A stretch of 64,000 nucleotides of DNA from Acidimicrobiia bacterium (GTDB lineage Bacteria > Actinomycetota > Acidimicrobiia > Spongiisociales > ZC4RG35). The translations under genes were made by a program, and so were the position numbers. Positions 1 through 10,282 of the stretch are shown one piece after another (position 1 is the stretch's first letter; each line of letters begins with the position of its first letter). Below the pieces are notes generated by a model that was not told the DNA's origin, made no database searches, and saw nothing but the letters and a program-made list of their open reading frames with translations. The DNA is taken from assembly GCA_965203555.1 (NCBI GenBank), contig CBDBCY010000004.1, positions 480,001-544,000 on the forward strand. The letters run 5' to 3'.

Positions 1-159
1 CGGCCCGGCCAGCACCGGGCTCCGAGAGGTCAGCAACGCTTGCTTCCTGGTCTTGTCGTCAATTATCGACGCCCAGTTGCGCACCCCGGCACCGCCATAT
101 CCCCGGGAATCCTCCAGCAGCCGTCCGTGGGGGCTTTCGTTCGCAGCCGCCATAGCCAT
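1..159 (-). CDS. rtcB: RtcB-family RNA ligase, 5' part only (continues past the window start)
   Basis: Manual translation MAMAAANESPHGRLLEDSRGYGGAGVRNWASIIDDKTRKQALLTSRSPVLAGP resembles the actinobacterial RtcB N-terminus (WASI.D..T..QA....R.P) that precedes the LMPDAH motif. Only 53 codons are visible. Confidence 0.6.
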   Translation of the reverse strand, partial: MAMAAANESPHGRLLEDSRGYGGAGVRNWASIIDDKTRKQALLTSRSPVLAGP

Positions 160-360
160 TGACGCTACCGGCCCGCTCGAAGATCACAAGAGGGTTTAGG
201 ACTTACCGGCGCGAGAGATCTTACCGGCACAAGATGGAAGCGGTTCCCGATGGATGGGATGGTCAATAGCTGAGCAAGACCGGAATCCCGGAGTCCTCCA
301 TAGGTCGGAATTTGCCGATCTCCTGGACGACCGCCGACCTTACCCACCTTGCAGGATTGG

Positions 361-392
361 CTAATAAAGCAAATATCAATAGTATTAATACC
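361..392. promoter_or_regulatory. AT-rich putative promoter/operator with perfect palindrome GTATTAATAC (382-391)
   Basis: Strongly AT-rich patch in GC-rich DNA between divergent genes. The 10-bp palindrome is visible directly. Confidence 0.3.
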
Positions 393-1094
393 ATGTCAGA
401 TCTTCCCATCTCATCGCTTGGCACAAATAGCGGGAGGCCAATTCGCGGATCTGCCGCCCGTATGGCAGGGGCCTTCCTGGTCGTGACTGCCTTGATTACG
501 GCTGTATCTGCTCTTACCCGAGTGTCCGCCCAGGCTGACTTCCAACCATCACTGCAGGAGTTCCTTGATGCCGTCTCTCTTCAGGCCGGACTTTACGGAT
601 TGGGAGGTGCAGCACGATTGGCTTCCGGGGTGACACTGGTGATAGCCGCATGGTTACTGATGAACACCTGGATAATTCGTCAGCGACTGGGGTCACCACT
701 GGTCCCAGTCTTTTTCATGATCTCCGGAGTTTTCACCGCCGTTTCCGGGCTGTGCGCCGCAATGCTGGCGGTGATCGCACCCGATACGAACACGTTCATA
801 GAGTTCATTGCACTCGTTCGATGGCTCAGCGGCAAAGTCGGGTTCGCACTGGCGGGACTTGCCCTTATCGTCGCATCCCGATTCCAGTGGAAGGTTGGAG
901 CACCCTTACGGTACATTGCGCCGGTTTCGGCGATCTTGGGTGTGGCTATGCAGTTCATCTGGATCGACTCCGCCACCATGATCCATCCCGTGGTGGGTAC
1001 TGCCTTCTTCCTCTGGCTCATCGCGGTGGGAGGCATGCTCGTCACCGGCCGCACCGAGAAGTTGTTCGCCCGGATGCTGGACTCCAAGCGCTGA
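393..1094 (+). CDS. Hypothetical multi-pass membrane protein
   Basis: ORF 312..1094, probable ATG at 393 after an AT-rich stretch. About 6 hydrophobic segments, no recognised motif. Confidence 0.7.
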   Translation: MSDLPISSLGTNSGRPIRGSAARMAGAFLVVTALITAVSALTRVSAQADFQPSLQEFLDAVSLQAGLYGLGGAARLASGVTLVIAAWLLMNTWIIRQRLGSPLVPVFFMISGVFTAVSGLCAAMLAVIAPDTNTFIEFIALVRWLSGKVGFALAGLALIVASRFQWKVGAPLRYIAPVSAILGVAMQFIWIDSATMIHPVVGTAFFLWLIAVGGMLVTGRTEKLFARMLDSKR

Positions 1095-1413
1095 ATTCCG
1101 GCCGCGATGGTTGATCCAAACCAACCCGACGGCCAGGTTCCTACCGACCTCCTGACCTGAGGCCCCTACTCCCTTGCATCTTCTCCCCAGAAGCGCTGAT
1201 GGGCACTGCCCTGTAAGCAGATGCAGTCACCATGATGACCAGGAACCCGACCGAGGCCATGACGGACTGGCAAGAAAGCGGGCGCCACGACGGGAGTCGC
1301 AGGTCAACCCCCGCAGCCCCACCGAAAGGATGATCCGATAGGTCTCGGAAACCTTATGCAGAACACCTGTCCTGGCCGTAGCTACACTTGGCAACCGCCT
1401 CCGACCGATCACC

Positions 1414-2388
1414 ATGGATTTACCCGCACCACCTCCAGACCAGCAAACCCCCGCCCCTGTCCTGCAAATCGAAGACCTTCATAAGAGCTACGGCGACATC
1501 AGGGCAGTCAAGGGAATCAGCTTTCAGATCGCCCCGGGCGAGAACTACGGGTTGTTGGGGCCGAATGGCGCCGGCAAGACCACCACCATCCAGATGATCG
1601 CCGGAGTTCTTGCCGCCGACGGCGGTCGCGTGACGGTGTGCGGAAAGGAACTGACCACCACAACCACCGCCGTCAAATCCCATATCGGCTGGGTGCCCCA
1701 GGAGATAGCCCTGTATGACCGGTTGAGCGCCCGTGAGAATCTGGCCTTTTTCGGCCGGATGCAGGGCCTTTCCGGCAAGGAATTGGCGCGACGCGTGTCA
1801 GAAGTCCTGGAATTGACCGGCCTCAGCGACCGGGCCGGAGACAAGACCATCAAATTCTCGGGGGGAATGCGCCGACGGCTCAACATCGGAATCGGGTTGC
1901 TCCACCAGCCCGACCTTCTGATACTTGATGAACCCACCGTGGGAGTGGACGTACAGTCCCGCACCAACATCCTTGATCAGGTGGCGGAGATGACCAACCT
2001 GGGGATGGCGGTGCTCTATACCACCCACTACATCGAAGAAGTGGAAAGGCTCAGCCGTAGGGTCGGCATCATCGACCATGGCGAGTTGATCGCCGAGGGA
2101 ACCAGGGCCGAACTGGTGAGAATGGTCGGCGAGCGAGACCGGGTTTTGATCACAGCTGAAGGCCGACTCGCCGATGGAACCCGACAGATCTCCACCCTGG
2201 AGGGAGTGCACGAGGCGGGTGAAACCAACGACGGAATCCAACTACTGGTTGATGATGCAACCCATCTTCTGCCGCGGATCATCGAGACGCTTACCCGGTC
2301 CCATGTTTCAGTGACCGGCGTGGAGGTGGAAGAACCCAACCTGGAGGCGGTGTTTCTTCACCTGACCGGTCGCGCCCTCCGGGACTGA
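1414..2388 (+). CDS. ABC-2 type exporter ATP-binding subunit
   Basis: Walker A GPNGAGKTT, signature FSGGM, Walker B LILDEPT, H-loop YTTH, C-terminal EPNLEAVFLHLTGRALRD typical of DrrA/LnrL-like ATPases. Confidence 0.95.
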   Translation: MDLPAPPPDQQTPAPVLQIEDLHKSYGDIRAVKGISFQIAPGENYGLLGPNGAGKTTTIQMIAGVLAADGGRVTVCGKELTTTTTAVKSHIGWVPQEIALYDRLSARENLAFFGRMQGLSGKELARRVSEVLELTGLSDRAGDKTIKFSGGMRRRLNIGIGLLHQPDLLILDEPTVGVDVQSRTNILDQVAEMTNLGMAVLYTTHYIEEVERLSRRVGIIDHGELIAEGTRAELVRMVGERDRVLITAEGRLADGTRQISTLEGVHEAGETNDGIQLLVDDATHLLPRIIETLTRSHVSVTGVEVEEPNLEAVFLHLTGRALRD

Positions 2389-2391
2389 CCC

Positions 2392-3576
2392 ATGCGGGAC
2401 ATCGCCTGGATCGTTCTCAAGGACCTTCGCCAGCAAATTCGTGATCGAACCATCCTCATCTTCGGGCTCATCGCCCCGCTGGTGATCGCCGCCGCTCTCA
2501 GCCTGGCCTTCGGAGACCTCTTCCAGAACGACGAAGCCGTGATCTTCGAATTCGGGTTGTCCAATGCCGACTCGGGAGGCGCCGTCTCGGAAGGTTTCTC
2601 CCAAGCCGTGGCGCAACTGGAAAGGGAGGGCCTGTTGGACATAACTTTCTATCGCGATCGGCCATCGTTGGACTTGGCGGTGAAGCAAAACCGCGTCGAT
2701 GCGGGATTCTTCATACCCGACGGGTTCAGCCAGGCCATCGTCGAAGGATCCGACGTGCAGATAACGGTGGTGGCCAATCCCGATTCGGCAATCATCACCG
2801 CAGTGGCAGGTTCGATCGCCGAGCAATTCATTCTGGACGTTGCCTCGGCCAGCGCCTCCGCCGCCACCGCCGCCATTCTGGCAGGATTCGGTCCCGAGCA
2901 GATGATCCAGTTGGGCATGGTCGCCTCCCAGGCCCCGCCCACCGCCCAGTTGGCATCTGTACAGGCGCAGGTTCGTCAATTGGATGGGGCCACCTACTAC
3001 TCGGCGGGGGCAGCCATATTCTTCACCATGTTCGTGGTGGGTACCGGCCTGCTCAGCCTTTTGGAGGAGCGGAAACGTCACACTCTGGCCAGACTGCTGT
3101 CCACTCCCATCTCGCCGGGTCGCATTCTGGCCGCCAAGTTCCTTCTTTCCTTCACGGTGGGGGTGGGCAGCGTGGCTTTGTTCATGCTGTTTTCCCGGTT
3201 CTTGCTGGGGGCCGACTGGGTGGACCTCCCCGTCACCGCCCTGTTGGTGATAGCCGCGGTGGCAGCGGCCTCCGGCATCGTGTCCCTGGTGGCGGGGTTG
3301 GCCCGCACCGCCGAACAGGCCCAGAACTTCCAGTCGGTGGTGGCGGTGACCATGGGAATCCTGGGGGGTACGTTCTTTCCGATCGCGGGCGGCAGCGCTT
3401 TCCTGAACGCCCTTTCCCTGGTGACTCCCCACGCCTGGTTCATGCGGGGTCTGAGAGACCTCAGTGGTGGCGGGGGCCTGCCCGAAGTAGCAATCCCACT
3501 GCTGGTGCTGGGCGGCATTGCGGTGGGGACCCTTACCCTCAGCGTCTTTGGCGCCCGGCGGAGCCTGCGGGTATGA
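2392..3576 (+). CDS. ABC-2 exporter permease
   Basis: N-terminal TM, large extracellular loop, EERKRHTLARLLSTP motif, C-terminal TM bundle with LGGTFFP. Directly follows the ATPase. Confidence 0.9.
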   Translation: MRDIAWIVLKDLRQQIRDRTILIFGLIAPLVIAAALSLAFGDLFQNDEAVIFEFGLSNADSGGAVSEGFSQAVAQLEREGLLDITFYRDRPSLDLAVKQNRVDAGFFIPDGFSQAIVEGSDVQITVVANPDSAIITAVAGSIAEQFILDVASASASAATAAILAGFGPEQMIQLGMVASQAPPTAQLASVQAQVRQLDGATYYSAGAAIFFTMFVVGTGLLSLLEERKRHTLARLLSTPISPGRILAAKFLLSFTVGVGSVALFMLFSRFLLGADWVDLPVTALLVIAAVAAASGIVSLVAGLARTAEQAQNFQSVVAVTMGILGGTFFPIAGGSAFLNALSLVTPHAWFMRGLRDLSGGGGLPEVAIPLLVLGGIAVGTLTLSVFGARRSLRV

Positions 3577-4739
3577 AAACACTGGCGATCGGCTGGGTCT
3601 ACGTGCTACGCATCCTGCGAGAGCCCGCTTCGTTGTTCTTCTTTTTCCTGTTCCCGATGCTGATGGTGTTCATAATCGGTATCCAGTTCGGAGGTCAGGG
3701 TGGGACGGTGCAGCTGGGTATCTCCGGCGACACGACCCAGGCCATCACCGGCAAGATCACCGACAACCTGGAAGGCAACGAGGCGTTGCGTCTGGTGTTC
3801 TATGAAGACGAGTCCGAGATGTTGAGGGCGGTGGAACGAGGCGTCATCACCGCCGGAACGGTTTTCCCTCCCCGGATAGCAGCCAGGGTGGCGGCAGGAG
3901 AGCCGGTGCTGATCGGCTTCGTGTCGGCGCCCACCGGCCTGGGGCCGCAAATGGAAGCCACTGTCCGGTACGCGATCACAGAGGTCCTCATTCCCTATCG
4001 AGCGGCCCGATTCGCGGTTGACATCCTGGGGGTCGAATTCCAACAGAGCTGGGCGTTGGCTACTCAGGTGGTGGAGGAGGTCGATCTGGCTACCGTCTCC
4101 ATCGAGGCGGTGGGCGAATCACTGTTTCCCCCAGACATGGGGCGGTTCGATGGAGGCGCAGCCTCCAACCTGGTGCTGTTTATGTTCCTCACCGCCCTGA
4201 CAGGGGCCACCGCCATGGTGACTGATCGAGAAACAGGCCTGGACACCCGCATCGTCTCCACCCCCACTTCCGTCGGACGACTGCTGTCAGGATATGTTGC
4301 CGGTCAATTCGGAATCACCTTCTTCCAAGGTGTCTACATAATGGTGCTCAGCTTGGCTATCTTCGGTGTCGATTGGAAGAACCCGGGTGCGACACTACTC
4401 CTGATGATGGCCCTGTCTTTGGCCGGGGCGGGCGCCGGGATGCTGTTGGGGTCCTTCCGGATGGCCGAAGCCGCCACCATCGGGCTGGGGGTGACCAGCG
4501 CACTGGTGCTGGGCGCGCTGGGAGGTGCGATGGTTCCGCTGGAGGTTTTGCCTGACGCTATCAAGACGGTTGCCAGATTCACACCCCAAGGATGGGCCAT
4601 GCTCGGCTTCCGAGATCTTCAATGGGATGGTTCGATACTCGACATCGCCGACAATGTGGCGGTGCTGGTCGGTATAGGAGTGGTCCTGGCCGCGGCCGCC
4701 TCCATTGGGCTTCGCCGGACCCTCACGCGCCCCTCCTGA
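3573..4739 (+). CDS. ABC-2 exporter permease
   Basis: ATGA overlap with the previous gene, same architecture (DRETGLDTRIVSTP, LGGAMVP, TPQGWA). Confidence 0.9.
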   Translation: MKTLAIGWVYVLRILREPASLFFFFLFPMLMVFIIGIQFGGQGGTVQLGISGDTTQAITGKITDNLEGNEALRLVFYEDESEMLRAVERGVITAGTVFPPRIAARVAAGEPVLIGFVSAPTGLGPQMEATVRYAITEVLIPYRAARFAVDILGVEFQQSWALATQVVEEVDLATVSIEAVGESLFPPDMGRFDGGAASNLVLFMFLTALTGATAMVTDRETGLDTRIVSTPTSVGRLLSGYVAGQFGITFFQGVYIMVLSLAIFGVDWKNPGATLLLMMALSLAGAGAGMLLGSFRMAEAATIGLGVTSALVLGALGGAMVPLEVLPDAIKTVARFTPQGWAMLGFRDLQWDGSILDIADNVAVLVGIGVVLAAAASIGLRRTLTRPS

Positions 4740-4784
4740 GCCTCGACTCCTGGCTTGCTCCTGATGCCCGAAGGTTGGGACAGG

Positions 4785-5678
4785 TCAGATCTTGAACCGG
4801 ATGGCCGACGGCAGGCTGGAGACTCTCATCGGGGTGTAGCCGACCATGTCCCCGTCCGCTTCCACCGGCCAGGGTGGATCGGTGTCGACCTCGAAACTCT
4901 CCCAACTCCTCCTCTGCACCCAGCGTTCCTTCAGATGCATACCCTTGACGATCTTGGGCACCACCACCGGAAGTTGGGTCTTGCGGGGAGTGAAGACCTG
5001 AACGTCCAAACGGTTGTCCACCAGATTGGCTTTGGGGGCGATATTCCACTTCCAGGCAAAGAACTGGGCATTGGCTACGATCACCGCCAGGGCGTCGCCG
5101 GTCAGCGTCCGCCGGGGACCCTGAACCCGCACCACGGCCCGGGGGAACCGGGGTAACCGGGCTGCAAAAGCCAGTCCGTAGCGGGCAGCGCCCAGCCAAC
5201 CAGGGAGCTTTCCGGCAGTCTCGGCAGCCGCGGCGCCCACTCCCGCCTCGGCGACATTGACGAAGAACCGTCTCCCCCACTCTCCTTCCAGGCATCCCAC
5301 GTCGATGTCGTACCACAGGGACGTGCCCAGCCGGGAGACAGCCTCATCCAGGCGGCGGGACAGACCGAAAGTGCGGATGAAATCACAGGCGGTGCCGCTG
5401 GGCAGCATCGCCACCCGGGGTGGGTCCGACCACTGCTCGCCGCACAGTGCATCCACGGTCAGACTGAGAGTCCCGTCACCCCCCGCCACCACCACCCTGC
5501 CTTCCGAAGAAACCACTTCCAGCACCCGGTCGGACATTTCTCGGGCCGACCGTGGCGACTCGATGCGGCCTCTCAATCCCCGGCCGATCAGCAGGTCTTC
5601 CAGAGCCTGCACGGAAACCGTCCCGCGCCCCGCTTTTTGATTGAGAAGTACGGTCCAGTCGGTGAAACTCTCCGCCAC
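4785..5678 (-). CDS. Diacylglycerol kinase family lipid kinase (YegS/BmrU-like)
   Basis: Motifs LNQKAG, AGGDGT, LPSGTACDF, IDVG, FFVN, EADGD. Confidence 0.9.
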   Translation of the reverse strand: MAESFTDWTVLLNQKAGRGTVSVQALEDLLIGRGLRGRIESPRSAREMSDRVLEVVSSEGRVVVAGGDGTLSLTVDALCGEQWSDPPRVAMLPSGTACDFIRTFGLSRRLDEAVSRLGTSLWYDIDVGCLEGEWGRRFFVNVAEAGVGAAAAETAGKLPGWLGAARYGLAFAARLPRFPRAVVRVQGPRRTLTGDALAVIVANAQFFAWKWNIAPKANLVDNRLDVQVFTPRKTQLPVVVPKIVKGMHLKERWVQRRSWESFEVDTDPPWPVEADGDMVGYTPMRVSSLPSAIRFKI

Positions 5679-5702
5679 CGGTCTGAAAGCCGCTTTGAGG
5701 CG

Positions 5703-5939
5703 CTAGGCCAAGATCCAGATGAGAGCGATGGTGGTGACGGCGAAGCCGATGACCGTTACGACGGTGAGGCGGCTGAGATTGCGTTCCGCCACGACGGAGC
5801 CTCCCATGGATGAACTCATCCCACCTCCGAATGCATCGGAGAGACCCCCTCCTCGCCCGGAGTGCAACAGGATCAATATGATCAAACCCAGCGAGAGGAG
5901 TACATGAACCGTGATCACCACAACTTGCAAGATAGCCAT
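5703..5939 (-). CDS. secG: Preprotein translocase subunit SecG
   Basis: ILLHSGRGGGLSDAFGGG...VAERNLSRLT, two TM helices, position downstream of tpiA. Confidence 0.95.
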   Translation of the reverse strand: MAILQVVVITVHVLLSLGLIILILLHSGRGGGLSDAFGGGMSSSMGGSVVAERNLSRLTVVTVIGFAVTTIALIWILA

Positions 5940-5945
5940 GACTTC

Positions 5946-6692
5946 CTATTCTATCGCGGCTTGCGCCGCCACCGCCGCCGCGGCCGCGGCCGCTGCCTCG
6001 GGGTCGCCCAGGTACCTGGAGCCGGCCGGGCGGAGGTCGCCGTCGAGGTCATAGAGCAGGGGGATCCCGGTGGGAATGTTCAACGAGGTTATTTCCTGTT
6101 CCGAAATGTCCTCCAGATGCTTCAGGAGGGCGCGAAGACTGTTTCCGTGCGCCACCACCAGAGGCGACAGTCCCCGCCGCAACTGGGGAACGATTCGATC
6201 GTGCCAATAGGGGAGAAAGCGGGCAACGACGTCCTTTAGGCATTCGGTGGCGGGAAGCACCTCGGGGGCCAGGTCGGCGTAGGCCGAATCGAAGCGGGGA
6301 TGGCGGGGGTCGTCGGATTCGAGGGCCGGTGGTTGAACGTCATAGCTGCGCCGCCAAACCTGGACCTGCTCCGCTCCGTGCCGGCGGGCCGTCTGCTTCT
6401 TGTTCAATCCCTGGAGGGCCCCGTAGTGCCTCTCGTTGAGCCGCCAGTGCCGCATCACCGGAAGCCAGGACAACCCCATCCGGGTCAGGGCTATCTCGGC
6501 GGTACGTATGGATCGCAACAACAACGAGGTGTGCACCACGTCGAGCCGCAACTCTTCTTCTTTCATGAGCCTCCCCGCCGACCGGGCCTCGGCCTCGCCC
6601 TGCGGAGTAAGGTCGACATCGGTCCAGCCGGAGAATTGATTGGAGAGATTCCACTCCGATTGTCCGTGCCTAAGCAACACCATGCGATACAT
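5946..6692 (-). CDS. gpmA: 2,3-bisphosphoglycerate-dependent phosphoglycerate mutase
   Basis: [44 protein letters not shown]. Poly-Ala C-terminal tail. Confidence 0.97.
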   Translation of the reverse strand: MYRMVLLRHGQSEWNLSNQFSGWTDVDLTPQGEAEARSAGRLMKEEELRLDVVHTSLLLRSIRTAEIALTRMGLSWLPVMRHWRLNERHYGALQGLNKKQTARRHGAEQVQVWRRSYDVQPPALESDDPRHPRFDSAYADLAPEVLPATECLKDVVARFLPYWHDRIVPQLRRGLSPLVVAHGNSLRALLKHLEDISEQEITSLNIPTGIPLLYDLDGDLRPAGSRYLGDPEAAAAAAAAVAAQAAIE

Positions 6693-6741
6693 CAAGAGTC
6701 AGCCTACCGGAATCGCCCCCTCACAGAATCGAGGCGCCTGA

Positions 6742-7359
6742 TCAGGCTGAGCGGTTCGCTCGAGCACGCAGAGAGAGACCCTCCCGGATTATCGATCGAG
6801 TTTGGGCGTCGACCCTCCGGGATCGAGCAAGCCTTGATAGAGATCCGATCGGCAAGTTGACCAATGCCCAGCCGAACGCAGCCGGATCCTTACTTCGGAT
6901 CAACCGCTCTGCAACCTTGTGAGCGTCATCGGGCAGAACCAGCTTTCTCGGATTGGTATTCCAGAAGTGGCGCCAAAAGCGATGCGGGACATTTCGAGCC
7001 GACGGAAGCCGGTCACCCTCCCCGTCGGGCGGCGCACCCCGGGAGAAAGCCGGAAGCACACGCACAACCCTGGGACAGAAGTTCAAGATCCAAACTCTCC
7101 CCTCTTCCTTCCCGACAGATCCGCGAATGTCAAGTCTTACCATGTCGGCATCCAGCAGACACCTCAGAATCCGGCCCGTGGTAGTGGGGGGAATCTCAGC
7201 CGCTCTGGCCACATCGGCGATAGTGGGGAACCCGAAGGGCCTCCTGGCGAGAGCGGCCAGGACTTTCCAATCCCTGGCTGACAGGGAGTTCACGCCTTTG
7301 TCGGTTGATCCGCCCAGAGGCACCGGGTTCCAGTCACTGACCCTGTTCCCCATACTCAT
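6742..7359 (-). CDS. HTH-domain protein with C-terminal DUF6922-like (antitoxin-type) domain
   Basis: HTH-like TIADVARAAEIPPTTTGRILRCL. C-terminal RFWRHFWNTNPRKLVLPDDAHKVAERLI resembles the 'FWD....LD......IIERVL' family found beside AbiEii nucleotidyltransferases (recalled, not searched). Confidence 0.55.
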   Translation of the reverse strand: MSMGNRVSDWNPVPLGGSTDKGVNSLSARDWKVLAALARRPFGFPTIADVARAAEIPPTTTGRILRCLLDADMVRLDIRGSVGKEEGRVWILNFCPRVVRVLPAFSRGAPPDGEGDRLPSARNVPHRFWRHFWNTNPRKLVLPDDAHKVAERLIRSKDPAAFGWALVNLPIGSLSRLARSRRVDAQTRSIIREGLSLRARANRSA

Positions 7360-7515
7360 TACACCTCCTCACTCTAACGCGAGAATGATATATTTGTGCT
7401 ATTTAGGGGATTTGCCATTCACCCGCGTTGCATCACATGGGAATAATACCTTTGGGCACTCTCGATCACCGGGTGGATTCGCTACCAGGAGAATGCACCC
7501 CTGCCGTCCTCTCTC

Positions 7516-8286
7516 TCACAGCCAGTAGCGGGCAACTGCGGCGAAAGTGTCCGGATCCAGGCTGGCGCCACCGACCAAGGCGCCGTTGATATGGCGTTTT
7601 GCCATCAGCGAGGCCACGTTGCCCGGGTTCACCGATCCCCCGTAAAGAACCCGCACCTGTTCGCCCGCCCGGGGGCCGCCCATAGCGGAGACGGTATCTC
7701 TCAGCAGGCTGCACACCTCATTGGCGGTAGCGGCGTCGGCATGGCGGCCGGTGCCTATCGCCCATACCGGCTCGTAGGCAACCGTCACCTGCCCACGCTG
7801 TTCGGCAGTCATACGCCGCAGCGCCCCGCGCAGTTGGGTGGTGACCACCCGTTCGGTCTCCCCTGCCTCGCGTTCCGACAGGGTCTCCCCCACACATACC
7901 ACCGGGGTCATCCCCACCGCCAGCACCGCCCGAACCCGTTTGTTGACCATCTCGTCGGTCTCCCCGAACATCGCTCTTCGTTCCGAATGACCCACGATCA
8001 CATAGCTCACGTCCAGCTTGGCCAACATTCCCGCCGACACTTCACCGGTGAACGCTCCTTCATTTCCCCAATGGACATGTTGTGCGCCCAGCCCGAAGGG
8101 CATCCGGTCGGCCATGATCAGAGTCTGGACGGTGCGCAACGATGTAAAAGCAGGAGCGATCACCACTTCTGTGCGATCAAAGTCAGAGACGTCCAGTCGG
8201 TACCACAGCTTTTGGGTCACTGCGATGGCCTCCAGATGGGTGAGGTTCATCTTCCAGTTGCCGATAATCAAACTCTTCGAAGTCAT
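7516..8286 (-). CDS. tpiA: Triosephosphate isomerase
   Basis: IGNWKMN, GAFTGEVS, VGHSERR, AYEPVWAIGTG, LYGGSV, LVGGASL. ATG at 8286 with AGGAGA ribosome-binding site. Confidence 0.98.
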   Translation of the reverse strand: MTSKSLIIGNWKMNLTHLEAIAVTQKLWYRLDVSDFDRTEVVIAPAFTSLRTVQTLIMADRMPFGLGAQHVHWGNEGAFTGEVSAGMLAKLDVSYVIVGHSERRAMFGETDEMVNKRVRAVLAVGMTPVVCVGETLSEREAGETERVVTTQLRGALRRMTAEQRGQVTVAYEPVWAIGTGRHADAATANEVCSLLRDTVSAMGGPRAGEQVRVLYGGSVNPGNVASLMAKRHINGALVGGASLDPDTFAAVARYWL

Positions 8287-8293
8287 GTTTCTC

Positions 8294-9475
8294 CTAAGGT
8301 ACCCACTTCTTGAGGACTTCCACTCCGGGTAACGCCTTTCCCTCCAGCAACCGGAGCCCCGCCCCCCCACCGGTGGAGAGATGGGATACCCGGCTCTCCA
8401 GTCCCAGAAGCCTCATGGCCGCCACCGAATCTCCTCCACCAACCACCGAGAAGGCGTTTGAAGAGGCAACCGCCCGGGCAACCCGCTCTGTTCCGGCTCG
8501 AAAAGTCTCCCATTCGAAGACGCCCATCGGACCGTTCCAGAAAATGCTTGCCGCGTCCCGGCAAACATCGGCGATACGAGCGGAAGTAAGGGGGCCGATG
8601 TCCAACCCCATCTCCGCGTCTCCGATACTCGCCGCGGCCGTGATCCGGTGCTCGGCGTCAGCCTGGAATGATCGGGCCGCCACCACATCCTCCGGGAACA
8701 GCACCTTTCCACCATGAGGACCTCGGAGCAACTCTCCGATGGCAGGCGACATCTGCTCCTCGACCAGGCTCTTTCCCACGTTGTATCCCTCGGCCAGCAG
8801 GGCCGTGAAGGACATGCCGCCCCCGATCGCCAGCACATCGCAAATCTCAACCAGGGCGGACAGGACTCCCAGCTTGTCGGAGACCTTCGCCCCGCCCAGG
8901 ATCACGACGAACGGTCTGGGAGGATCTTCGAGCAGTCTTCCCATCGCTTCCAATTCCGACACCAGGAGGGGACCGGCGACTGATCGGACCCGGGTCGCCA
9001 CTCCAACGGTGGAGGCATGAGCCCGGTGGGCAGAACCGAAGGCGTCCTGGCAGAACAGATCGGCCAACTTCGCCAACTGATCCGACAGTTGGGGATCGTT
9101 GGAGGTCTCCTTGGAATGGAACCGCGTGTTTTCCAGGAGAAATACCTCCCCTGGCCGACCATGGCCAATCACCTCGGAAGCTTGCGGTCCCGCTACCACC
9201 GGCAGGTGGCGCACCGCAAAGCAGCCCAGCTCCTCCATGCGGCGGGCCACCGGCGCCAGGCTGAAGCGGGGATCAGGGCCCTTCGGCCGGCCCAAGTGGC
9301 TGCACATTACCACCGTGGCTCCCGCCGAACGCAATCTCCGGACCGCCCTCAGAGACGCCCGGATGCGAAAATCGTCGGCTACCCCGCCATGGGCCAGCGG
9401 AGTGTTGAGGTCAGCGCGCACCAGCACCCGGCGGCCCCCGGTATCGACATCGTCCAGAGTCAGGTAGTCGGGCAT
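8294..9475 (-). CDS. pgk: Phosphoglycerate kinase
   Basis: VRADLNTP, SHLGRP, LLENTRF, DAFGSAHRAHAS, GGAKVSDK, WNGPMGVFE, GGGDS, STGGGA. Confidence 0.98.
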   Translation of the reverse strand: MPDYLTLDDVDTGGRRVLVRADLNTPLAHGGVADDFRIRASLRAVRRLRSAGATVVMCSHLGRPKGPDPRFSLAPVARRMEELGCFAVRHLPVVAGPQASEVIGHGRPGEVFLLENTRFHSKETSNDPQLSDQLAKLADLFCQDAFGSAHRAHASTVGVATRVRSVAGPLLVSELEAMGRLLEDPPRPFVVILGGAKVSDKLGVLSALVEICDVLAIGGGMSFTALLAEGYNVGKSLVEEQMSPAIGELLRGPHGGKVLFPEDVVAARSFQADAEHRITAAASIGDAEMGLDIGPLTSARIADVCRDAASIFWNGPMGVFEWETFRAGTERVARAVASSNAFSVVGGGDSVAAMRLLGLESRVSHLSTGGGAGLRLLEGKALPGVEVLKKWVP

Positions 9476-9482
9476 TGTCCCA

Positions 9483-9846
9483 TCAGGGCCAGACCACTTC
9501 GCTATTCCAGCCTCGACCCTCATGCTGTCGGAGGGTGACTTCATCCAGGATGGAAAAAGCGGCCTCCGCAGGCCGGCGAACCTGGGGCAGGAAGAAGAGG
9601 CCTGGCATTCGCCGGCTATTTGCTATACGTTCCAAGGCACAAGGCACCATTGACTTACGATCATGTGTCAGCACCGTCCACTCGTTAGCTGCCGCCCATT
9701 CCAAAATCCCACGATCACCCATTCCCATCAATCCCACATCCTGTACGCGAAACAGCGCTATCTCTACTTCGTATTTTTTTGGCGGATTCGAGAAGTATCG
9801 TCAACACACGGGAATTGAAGTCCTCATCCGCGAGGAACCGGATCAA
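9483..9846 (-). pseudogene. DUF5615 family PIN-like toxin, frameshifted in an A7 run
   Basis: TTG start overlaps the DUF433 stop. MIRFLADEDFNSRVL...SAKK joins YEVEIALFRVQDVGLMG..D..ILEWAA....VLTHDRKSM only if one A is removed from the A7 run (T7 at 9774-9780 on +). Confidence 0.8.
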
Positions 9847-10205
9847 CGCTCGCCGCTGGCCAACTGGACCTGTGGGCGTCGCCGCTCTTGTTCCTTTCTA
9901 CGCCTGACTTCCCTGAAATACGGTTCGTATTGAGTTCTGATCTGCTCTGCCCTCTCCTCTGTCCACTTCATATAAGCGTCCACCTCCTCCCGACGGGTCT
10001 GGTACCACTCTAAAATTCGTTCCACAACCTCCACTGTCAAGGTGTCGAAGGAAGACACGATCTCTTCCGGCCTTGTAAAGCCCTTATAGTACTCACAGAT
10101 CACCGTTTCCAACTTCAGCCGGGTGCCAGGGATCCGTATCACCCCGAATTCATGGTCCATCCAAAGCGGCACGTTCTCGGCCGGGTCAATCTTCATCAAT
10201 GCCAT
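9843..10205 (-). CDS. DUF433 domain antitoxin
   Basis: GVIRIPGTRLKLETVI..Y..G..PEEIV..F.TLTV..V..IL.WY...REEVDAYM, lying upstream of a DUF5615 gene. Confidence 0.85.
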   Translation of the reverse strand: MALMKIDPAENVPLWMDHEFGVIRIPGTRLKLETVICEYYKGFTRPEEIVSSFDTLTVEVVERILEWYQTRREEVDAYMKWTEERAEQIRTQYEPYFREVRRRKEQERRRPQVQLASGER

Positions 10206-10282
10206 CTCACCCCCTTGGAGGCCGTTCGGATTTTACCTGCACGACGGGGCAAACCCACAGAGGTTCATCAAACCACAGGAAC

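Noticed and set aside
1-159. Functional link between RtcB and the 23S intron
   Set aside because: Group I introns self-ligate and do not need RtcB, and the genes are 50 kb apart.
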